12,912 nucleotides of DNA from Pseudomonadota bacterium. GTDB taxonomy: Bacteria > Bdellovibrionota_B > Oligoflexia > Silvanigrellales > Silvanigrellaceae. Position numbers and translations under genes: made by a program. This document shows, piece by piece, positions 1 to 6,865 of this stretch. The stretch covers positions 1 through 12,912 of the forward strand of contig JBDLRP010000047.1 in NCBI GenBank assembly GCA_039799905.1, read 5' to 3'. Under the pieces are notes generated by a model. The model was not told the DNA's origin. It ran no database searches and saw only the letters and a program-made list of their open reading frames with translations. The number at the start of each line of letters is the position of its first letter. The first letter of the stretch is position 1.

Positions 1-149
1 CGAGCTGGCGTGCCGACGAAATGCCCTACGGCGGGGTCGGCCTGACGTGGTCGGATGGTCACTTGCAAAACGCCGGTCTTCTGGGTGATGAAGGCCCCTA
101 CCAGACAATGCTGGAGCTGACTGTGGAGCGCCTCTTCGTTCTTCCTTAG
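1..149 (+). CDS. Aldehyde dehydrogenase family protein, C-terminal fragment (runs in from before the window)
   Basis: Frame 3 reads SWRADEMPYGGVGLTWSDGHLQNAGLLGDEGPYQTMLELTVERLFVLP with stop TAG at 147-149. This resembles the ALDH C-terminal pattern W-R-x-D-x-M-P-Y/F-G-G-V...G-x-E-G...E-x-T-x-x-R/K. Not in the ORF track because the start is missing. Confidence 0.75.
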   Translation, partial: SWRADEMPYGGVGLTWSDGHLQNAGLLGDEGPYQTMLELTVERLFVLP

Positions 150-195
150 TTCAGGAAATCCAGCATACTTTCGCAGTCCTTGGAGAGAGCAGTTT

Positions 196-1980
196 ATGTC
201 AGAAGGCATTTGGTCCTTTGATCCATTCCGCAGAGAAATCGTCACGCTTATCCGCGTGGCCTTCAACCAACTCTGTGCAGCTGCGAATATCGAACACTCA
301 ATTGAGGCCGATCAGGTTGCTGCACTGTTGACCGTGCCCCCGGAGTTTCATTTGGGTCAGGCTGCGTTTCCATGCTTCAGCTTTGCCAAGGCGTTGCGCA
401 AGGCCCCCCCTCTGATCGCGCAAGATCTCGCTGCGCGCATCCTTGAGATGGAGCGCTCAACAATTGCAAAAATCGACTCAGTTGCCGGATACCTCAATTT
501 TCACCAGAATCCGGCAACTGTGGGAGCGGCGCTCACCGACCGCATTACTTCCTCAACATTTTTTTCTGCTGAAAAAATTCCGCAGGCAGCGCGCGGAAAA
601 ATTGTTGTCGAATATTCTCAGCCCAACACACACAAAGCCCTGCACGTCGGACACCTGCGCTGTCTTGTGCTCGGCGATGCCGTCAGCCGTATCCTCGCTT
701 ATTCTGGACACGACGTCGTCAAGGCCACCTACCCCGGAGACCTCGGCGCGCATATCGCCAAGACCGTTTGGTACATGCAGAACAAATTCAAGGGCGAGTT
801 TCCTAAAAACAACCGCGCCGACTGGCTTGGCGACATTTACGCGCTTGCCGATGAAGCCATCAAACAAGACACCGGTACCGAACGTGAAGCGGGCAATCGT
901 GCACAGATTGCCGACATCCTCCGCCAGCTGCAAAACAAGAGCGGACCGGCGTATGACCTGTGGAAAGAAACCCGTGAGTGGAGTCTCGATCAGCTGCGCT
1001 CGGTCTACGACTGGCTCGGCGTGACGTTCGATGCATGGTTCTTTGAAAGCGAGTGCGACGAGCCATCACGCGAGCTTGTCAAACAGAAATTTGCTGAGGG
1101 GCATTTCATTCAGGATCAGGGTGCGATAGGTATCGACCTCAGCCCTTACAAGCTGGGCTTTGCCATGTTCCTCAAGTCCGACGGCAACGGCCTTTACATC
1201 ACAAAAGATTTGGAATTGCTGCGCCGCAAATTTTCCGACCCGAAGGTGACTGCGAGCATTGTTGTTGTCGACCAGCGGCAGAAACTGCATTTTCAGCAAC
1301 TTTACAAAACCGCCGAGCTGATTGGTTATCCGCAGGCAGCAAAGTCATCCACACTGCTGTACGAAACCGTAAATACAGCCGACGGCAAGGCATTCAGTTC
1401 ACGTTCTATGAACGGACTGCGTCTGCTTGAATTGCGCGCGGCAATGGAAAACAAGGTAACAACCGACTACCTAGAGCGCTATCGGGGTACATGGTCAGAT
1501 GCCGAAATTGCAGAAACCGCAAAGATGGTGACCATCGGTGCGCTCAAGTACGGAATGCTGCGGGTCGACAACTCGACACAGGTGACTTTCGTGCTCGAAG
1601 AATGGCTCAAACTGGACGGTGACACGGGCCCTTATCTTCAATATATGCATGCCCGCTGCTGCAACATCCTTGAAAAGCAGGGACAACCACAAAAGTCCGG
1701 CACGTTTGCAATTGAAGCGACAGAAGAACGTGCGCTGCTCTTCCACCTGACCCGCTTCAATGAATTTGCTCATCAGTCTGCGCAACAACAAAGACCAAGC
1801 GTGATTGCCGGTTATTTGTACGACCTCGCCAAGGCCTTCAACCGGTTTTACGAGGCATGCCCAATCCGCAGCAGCGAAGGCGACTTGCGCAACTCAAGGC
1901 TCAGCCTTGTGCATAGCTCGGCAAAAATTATGAGCGAAGGATTGGCGCTGTTGGGAATTCCTGCACCGTCTAGGATGTGA
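196..1980 (+). CDS. argS: Arginine--tRNA ligase (class I aminoacyl-tRNA synthetase)
   Basis: 594 aa. HIGH motif in VEYSQPNTHKALHVGHLR; SDGNGLYITKDL; VVDQRQKLHF; GDTGPYLQYMHAR; anticodon-binding-domain end LAKAFNRFY...GLALLGIPAPSRM. GGAG RBS at 182-185. Confidence 0.97.
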   Translation: MSEGIWSFDPFRREIVTLIRVAFNQLCAAANIEHSIEADQVAALLTVPPEFHLGQAAFPCFSFAKALRKAPPLIAQDLAARILEMERSTIAKIDSVAGYLNFHQNPATVGAALTDRITSSTFFSAEKIPQAARGKIVVEYSQPNTHKALHVGHLRCLVLGDAVSRILAYSGHDVVKATYPGDLGAHIAKTVWYMQNKFKGEFPKNNRADWLGDIYALADEAIKQDTGTEREAGNRAQIADILRQLQNKSGPAYDLWKETREWSLDQLRSVYDWLGVTFDAWFFESECDEPSRELVKQKFAEGHFIQDQGAIGIDLSPYKLGFAMFLKSDGNGLYITKDLELLRRKFSDPKVTASIVVVDQRQKLHFQQLYKTAELIGYPQAAKSSTLLYETVNTADGKAFSSRSMNGLRLLELRAAMENKVTTDYLERYRGTWSDAEIAETAKMVTIGALKYGMLRVDNSTQVTFVLEEWLKLDGDTGPYLQYMHARCCNILEKQGQPQKSGTFAIEATEERALLFHLTRFNEFAHQSAQQQRPSVIAGYLYDLAKAFNRFYEACPIRSSEGDLRNSRLSLVHSSAKIMSEGLALLGIPAPSRM

Positions 1981-2061
1981 CACACCGCCCGCCCGACCCT
2001 TTTCCTTCCGCAGCGGCCCAGCCAAACTCAGAGAGTGAAGTCAGGTCTGCGGGGTTGGAAC

Positions 2062-3264
2062 ATGAACCGGCGGTCATTTAAAAGAAGTGTGCCTTTGATG
2101 TGTCTCGCCGTTTCGGCACTCGCAGCCGCGGGCGGCTGTAAACAGTTGTTTGGCCGGAAGGGTTCGAACAATCCTCAGCAGGCTTGGGACACCGCCAACA
2201 ACCCGTCCAACATTCTCGCTGGTCAAACCCTGCTGGAACGCCGCTTCGACAAACTCAAGATGGCTGCCGAAGCTACGCGTGAAAAAAGACCCTGGTCTGA
2301 CAGCTATTGGCCCAACTACCGCGGAGGCCTGGCTTGGCGCTGGAATGCTCCGTCGGCCCCAGACTTCAAAAGTTATCCGCTGCCGACAAAAGAACAATTC
2401 AGCAAAATGTCGCTCAAACAAAGGCTCGAATTATCGCCTGCGGAAAAGTATGACATTCTGACCGGCAACTGGAATTTTCCGCTCGTCGACTATGAACGCA
2501 AGCGCAACGATCCCGGGCACGAAAAATGGCGCGGATTGTGCAACGGCTGGGCCGCTGCGTCTGCTCATTTCAAGGAACCACGGCCGGTTGTTGTGAAAAG
2601 TAGCGAGGGGCTGGAGGTCCCGTTCGGCGCCTCGGACATCAAGGCTTTGTTGGCAATCTATATGGCACAGTTCGCCGACGGCGGCGTACGGCTCGTTGGT
2701 GCACGCTGCAACACACAGGCCAAGCCAGGCTGGGAAACAACTGGAGACACAGGATTCCCGCAAGCGCTGAGCGAATGTCAGGACGTCAACCCCGGTTCGT
2801 TTCACCTTCTGTTGGCCAACTACGTTGGCGAGTGGAGCAAACCGCTGGTTGGTGACCTCGTGAACGGTGCTGAAGTCTGGAACTATCCGATTTTCGAATA
2901 CAAGTCCTACGTCTTGGGTGAACAGGGGCCTACTGCGGGCAAAGCGGCGCCGGGCACTGTGCGCGAACTCAAAATTCAGACCGACGTGCGCTTCAAAATC
3001 GAGATAGACCCACCCAATCTGCAAAACTTCAACGAAACAGGGCAACAGGACGTCGGCGATTATTACGTCAGCTACCAATATTTTCTCGAGCTCAATTCAG
3101 CCGGCGAAATCATCGGTGGCGAATGGATTTCACCGCTGCATCCCGACTTCATGTGGACGCAGTCGGTTCCTGCGGAGTTCAAATTGTATTTCAGCAAACT
3201 CGGTGAGCTCTACGAAGCATCCATGCGATCGAATCCTACGCTGGACCTGTTGAGTCTGCGATGA
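2062..3264 (+). CDS. Exported (probably lipoprotein) transglutaminase-elicitor family protein, GP42-like
   Basis: Family motifs PWSDSYWPNYRGGLAWRW, LSPAEKYD, WRGLCNGWA (catalytic Cys), DIKALL, GARC...CQDVNPGSFH, VWNYP, YFLELNSAGEIIGGEW and HPDFMW. ATG 2062 is preferred over GTG 2035 because it gives a signal peptide ending AGGC. Confidence 0.8.
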   Translation: MNRRSFKRSVPLMCLAVSALAAAGGCKQLFGRKGSNNPQQAWDTANNPSNILAGQTLLERRFDKLKMAAEATREKRPWSDSYWPNYRGGLAWRWNAPSAPDFKSYPLPTKEQFSKMSLKQRLELSPAEKYDILTGNWNFPLVDYERKRNDPGHEKWRGLCNGWAAASAHFKEPRPVVVKSSEGLEVPFGASDIKALLAIYMAQFADGGVRLVGARCNTQAKPGWETTGDTGFPQALSECQDVNPGSFHLLLANYVGEWSKPLVGDLVNGAEVWNYPIFEYKSYVLGEQGPTAGKAAPGTVRELKIQTDVRFKIEIDPPNLQNFNETGQQDVGDYYVSYQYFLELNSAGEIIGGEWISPLHPDFMWTQSVPAEFKLYFSKLGELYEASMRSNPTLDLLSLR

Positions 3265-3902
3265 ATCAGGAACTCACACATGCCCTGAACTCGTTTGTTT
3301 CGATCTTTGTCATCGTCGATCCGTTTGCCGTCATTCCGGTTTATTTGGGACTCACCGATCGTTTTTCGCCCGCTGCACTGGTCAGAATCCGGCGCAAAGC
3401 CACTCTGGTGGCGTGCTGCATCCTGATTTTTTTTGCTGTCACGGGGATGTCTTTATTCAATTTTTTCGGCACCACCCTGCCGGCGTTTCAGATTGCAGGC
3501 GGACTGCTGCTTTTTAAATTCGGCATTGAACAACTCGGTGCCAATCGGACGCGGGTCAAGGAAGAAGAAAGGGACGAGAGTCTTCACCGCGAGGATATCT
3601 CGATTTTTCCATTGGCAACACCGCTGCTCGCAGGTCCTGGCGCCATTTCAACCGTCGTTTTGCAGTCTTCGAAGGCAAAGTCGACTCCAAGCCTCCTGAT
3701 GCTGTGTGTCGCCATCGTCCTCGCTGTGGCCTTGTGCAATGTAGTTCTTAAGCTCGGCCCGCTGCTCTTCAAAGTGATTGGTACAACCGGCCTCAACCTA
3801 CTCACCCGTCTGATGGGTCTCATCCTGACCGCGGTCGCTGTGCAATTCATCATCAACGGCCTGACCACCGTGGTGCATGAAATTAGCTCCAAACTGGGGT
3901 AG
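3261..3902 (+). CDS. MarC family integral membrane protein
   Basis: 213 aa with about 6 hydrophobic segments. Motifs IFVIVDPF, AFQIAGGLLL, FPLATPLLAGPGAISTV and TRLMGLILTAVAVQFIING. ATGA overlap with the upstream stop codon. Confidence 0.93.
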   Translation: MNQELTHALNSFVSIFVIVDPFAVIPVYLGLTDRFSPAALVRIRRKATLVACCILIFFAVTGMSLFNFFGTTLPAFQIAGGLLLFKFGIEQLGANRTRVKEEERDESLHREDISIFPLATPLLAGPGAISTVVLQSSKAKSTPSLLMLCVAIVLAVALCNVVLKLGPLLFKVIGTTGLNLLTRLMGLILTAVAVQFIINGLTTVVHEISSKLG

Positions 3903-3920
3903 AACACCGTCCGACGACTC

Positions 3921-3928
3921 GGAGGTGA
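3921..3928 (+). promoter_or_regulatory. Strong Shine-Dalgarno sequence GGAGGTGA
   Basis: Near-perfect anti-16S match just upstream of TTG 3932, supporting the TTG start. Confidence 0.75.
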
Positions 3929-3931
3929 TTC

Positions 3932-4942
3932 TTGAACCCGCGCACGGACCTTTTGGAAAACGTTCTCATACAGTCTCTCGCGGCTTCGCGTTTGGATGCC
4001 TCCGGCAGGCAAAACTTGTCCTCGGCAGAGCTCAATGAGTTATTCAAAGCATTCACTTATCCATTGGAGGCGGGAGGCAAGCGGGTTCGCCCCAACCTCA
4101 CCTGCCTTGTGGCTCGGGCGTGCGGAGCACCCGCCGAACATCCCGCACTTCTCGTTTGCGCTGCCGCAGTTGAATATATCCACACATATTCGCTGGTGCA
4201 CGACGATCTTCCCTGCATGGACGACGACGATTTGCGGCGCGGCAAACCGACCTCACATAAAGTATTTGGTGAAGCGCAGGCGCTTCTCATCGGTGACGCG
4301 CTTCTGACTCAAGCTTTCTCTCTTCTCGCAGATGCTGCCGAACATGGACTTCGCCCCGACGCAGCGCTGCGCTGCGTGCAAATTCTTTCACGCTCTGCCG
4401 GGCCCTACGGAATGATCGCCGGTCAGTGGAAAGATCTTGCGCACACAGGCAATGCTGCAGCTGCCGACTGGCAAACGCTCTGTGCAATCCACAACCTAAA
4501 AACGGGAGCCCTGCTGAGCGCCGCGTGTGCTGTCGGCGTGCTGGCAGGCACGGCCCTGAGCGAACATTCAGCCAAAGTTTATCAAGACCCGCGTGGTGTC
4601 GACGAAATTTTAAAAGCAGCCGAAGAGCTCGGCATGACAATCGGTCTTGCATTCCAAATCGTTGACGACGTTCTCGACGCAACCAAAAACAGCCAACAAC
4701 TCGGAAAGACAGCGGGCAAAGACGGCGACCAAGACAAGCTGACGGCAGTCCGTTTGCTGGGCACAGCGGGTGCTGCTCAAGAGGCAGAGCGACTCACCGC
4801 TGCAGCACTCGAAAAACTCGAAAATCTGAAACAACTGACAGCGGGGCGGCAGGCCGCTGCAAGCAGTTACAACTCCGATACTGCTGCCGCATGGCAGATG
4901 TTGACAGAATTCATCACTCAGCTGTTAGTGCGCACGTCATAA
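3932..4942 (+). CDS. ispA: Polyprenyl synthetase, probably farnesyl diphosphate synthase (geranyltranstransferase)
   Basis: Motifs GGKRVRP, FARM HTYSLVHDDLPCMDDDDLRRGKPT, GDAL, GQWKD, KTGAL, SARM FQIVDDVLD and GKTAGKD. Tyr five residues before the FARM is typical of short-chain bacterial FPP synthases. Confidence 0.9.
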   Translation: MNPRTDLLENVLIQSLAASRLDASGRQNLSSAELNELFKAFTYPLEAGGKRVRPNLTCLVARACGAPAEHPALLVCAAAVEYIHTYSLVHDDLPCMDDDDLRRGKPTSHKVFGEAQALLIGDALLTQAFSLLADAAEHGLRPDAALRCVQILSRSAGPYGMIAGQWKDLAHTGNAAAADWQTLCAIHNLKTGALLSAACAVGVLAGTALSEHSAKVYQDPRGVDEILKAAEELGMTIGLAFQIVDDVLDATKNSQQLGKTAGKDGDQDKLTAVRLLGTAGAAQEAERLTAAALEKLENLKQLTAGRQAAASSYNSDTAAAWQMLTEFITQLLVRTS

Positions 4943-5715
4943 AGCTCCCCGTGCCATCGACTGAGTTGCTCTGTCGATGAATCAATCAGCCAATCGACAA
5001 TTTTTTTCGCAGCCGCATCGGGTGTCACCAGTCCACCGCTTTTTTCGAGTTCGCGGAACTTGCTGAGAGCGGGAAAATCATTTGGATTGGCAGACAGAAC
5101 CTGCTTCATCATGTCGGTCATGACTGTCCCCGGTGCGACCGACAAACACAACAACTCATCGCTTGGGCACTGCGCAGCGAGGCACTTGAATTCCATCAGC
5201 ATCGCAGTCTTGCTTGCACAGTAGGAATTCCAACCAGCATAGGCTTTGACTGCGGCGCCGCTCGACAAATGCATCACAAAAGCGGGCTTCTCTTGGGTCG
5301 CGGAAGATTTTTGTTTTTGCAAAAACGGACGCGCGGCATGCACGAGCTCCACCCCTGCGGTCAGATTCACCCGCACGGTGCTGAGATATTCCTCACGCCA
5401 CTGCTTCCAACGGAGATCGTCGGATGGGTGCGGCGGTTTGTCCATCGGCCCGAGCAGACCTGCGGCGTGGATGATTCCCGCAACTGAATTTGCGGAGAGA
5501 AAATCAATCAAATTGAAAGTATCGTTGTCTTCCCACGGCAGCGCGCAATCCCACTGCAACACGCGATCCGCCTCACTGCCCGCTGCAGCGACACTCTCTT
5601 TTCGCGCCAATGCGCACACAAAAATACCGCGCGCCCGCAAATGTCTTGCGATTGATCTACCGATACCACGCGTGACTCCGGTCATCACAATCCACTGGCG
5701 GGACCCCTCGAACAT
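4918..5715 (-). CDS. Short-chain dehydrogenase/reductase (sepiapterin/benzil reductase-like)
   Basis: TGVTRGIG Rossmann motif, HAAG, SSGAA, catalytic YCASK in YAGWNSYCASK, and APGTVMTDM. Start moved to ATG 5715 (MFEGSRQW, 265 aa), which is preceded by AAGGAG; the longer 5853 start is unsupported. Confidence 0.88.
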   Translation of the reverse strand: MFEGSRQWIVMTGVTRGIGRSIARHLRARGIFVCALARKESVAAAGSEADRVLQWDCALPWEDNDTFNLIDFLSANSVAGIIHAAGLLGPMDKPPHPSDDLRWKQWREEYLSTVRVNLTAGVELVHAARPFLQKQKSSATQEKPAFVMHLSSGAAVKAYAGWNSYCASKTAMLMEFKCLAAQCPSDELLCLSVAPGTVMTDMMKQVLSANPNDFPALSKFRELEKSGGLVTPDAAAKKIVDWLIDSSTEQLSRWHGELYDVRTNS

Positions 5716-5851
5716 TGCAGACTCCTTTAGCTGAAATGGCTTTTGCTCTTTGCCACGGCAAGAGTTGACGCGGGGGCAAAGAAGTCCACCCCGCACCGCT
5801 TCATGTTCGTTTATCATCCGTCTGGGAACAAGCAACACGGGAGAGAGTCTC

Positions 5852-6865
5852 ATGAAAATTTCGCGCTTGACCGCAAGAGCACGAATCGGGCACAGAGCTG
5901 TCCGGACGGCCCTTCCATTTGCAATTTACTGCGTTGTTGCTGGCGGAATGACGGGATGTTTGAGTTCGTCAGCAGAGCCCGCTCGGAGCACGCCCGAGGC
6001 AAATACTATTGCTCCCGCGGCTGCAAATTCTGCAGCCCCCGCCCCGCAGGCGACGGTCGAAGCACAAAAAAATCAACCTGCAGCGCAGGCCGGCGCTGAA
6101 GCTGCAAAAACACCAGCCGCCACACAGGCTGCTGGTGACGTGGCAAAAACTCTTCCGTCTCAGCATTCTGCCTCGCTGACCACAGCAGCGAATCAAATGC
6201 CGCCACCTCCTCCGGCGCAAGGAGAGGTTGCACTGTTGAAACTCGAAATCATGTCGCTCAAAGAAAAGGTGGCAACTCTGCAGCGCAAATTCGACGTCAT
6301 TCTGAAAGGTCAACGCTCCGGACTTTATGATGACACTGCGACTGTTGCGACCGCTGCTTTTCAGAAGGCGGCAGCAGCTCAAAAAAACCCGATTCCGCCG
6401 CTGACCAGCGACGGACCCGTGGACCGCTTTGAAAGCGACGACACTGCAGCACTCAGAGAAAGATCGCTCACGCCGGAAAAGCCTCAACAACTCGTCGACA
6501 AAGCAAACCTGTTGCTGGAGCAGCGCGAGTTCGGCAGGGTCGCCCAGCTGTTGGAAAATTTTCAGCAGCGTTTTCCCAACAACGGTCTCAGCGCCATCGC
6601 CGAATTAACGCTTGCGGAAGCTTATGTTGAATTGAAGAGCCCGCAGCAGGCCCTCACCCACGTGCGTACTTTTTATCTCCAGCATCCAAATGACGTGCAG
6701 CTCGTGCGCGCGAAATGGCTGGAGGCCCGCGCACAGGAACTGCTCGATGCCCCCCAAAAGGCGGCCGCACTCTTTCGTGAGGTGATAGCGCTTGATCCGC
6801 AGTCTCAACTTGCTCTCAAATCTCGGGCGGCACTCGAGAAGATAGGCGGAGGCGGCACGCAATGA
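5852..6865 (+). CDS. TPR-repeat lipoprotein with coiled coil, CpoB/YbgF-like
   Basis: ATG 5852 follows GGGAGAG. Basic N-terminus, hydrophobic stretch and MTGC lipobox-like site; Ala/Pro-rich linker; heptad segment EVALLKLEIMSLKEKVATLQRKFD; three TPR-like units (FQQRFPNNGLSAIAELTLAEAY, FYLQHPND, FREVIALDPQSQLA). Confidence 0.72.
   Translation: MKISRLTARARIGHRAVRTALPFAIYCVVAGGMTGCLSSSAEPARSTPEANTIAPAAANSAAPAPQATVEAQKNQPAAQAGAEAAKTPAATQAAGDVAKTLPSQHSASLTTAANQMPPPPPAQGEVALLKLEIMSLKEKVATLQRKFDVILKGQRSGLYDDTATVATAAFQKAAAAQKNPIPPLTSDGPVDRFESDDTAALRERSLTPEKPQQLVDKANLLLEQREFGRVAQLLENFQQRFPNNGLSAIAELTLAEAYVELKSPQQALTHVRTFYLQHPNDVQLVRAKWLEARAQELLDAPQKAAALFREVIALDPQSQLALKSRAALEKIGGGGTQ

Noticed and set aside
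1381..1413. Missing KMSKS motif in ArgS (GKAFSSRSMN)
   Set aside because: Arginyl-tRNA synthetases commonly lack a canonical KMSKS, so this is not evidence of inactivation.
1981..2061. Riboswitch-like leader (CCGCAG/CTGCGG stem near the RBS)
   Set aside because: Only a 6-8 bp stem and no aptamer consensus (glycine, SAM, c-di-GMP) recognised.
5737..5753. Sigma54 promoter (TGGC...TTGC)
   Set aside because: GG-to-GC spacing is 12 nt rather than the required 10.
5716..5853. N-terminal extensions of the SDR (start 5853) and TPR (start 5750) ORFs in the ORF track
   Set aside because: They would overlap head-to-head. The internal ATGs at 5715 and 5852 have RBS motifs and give proper N-termini.
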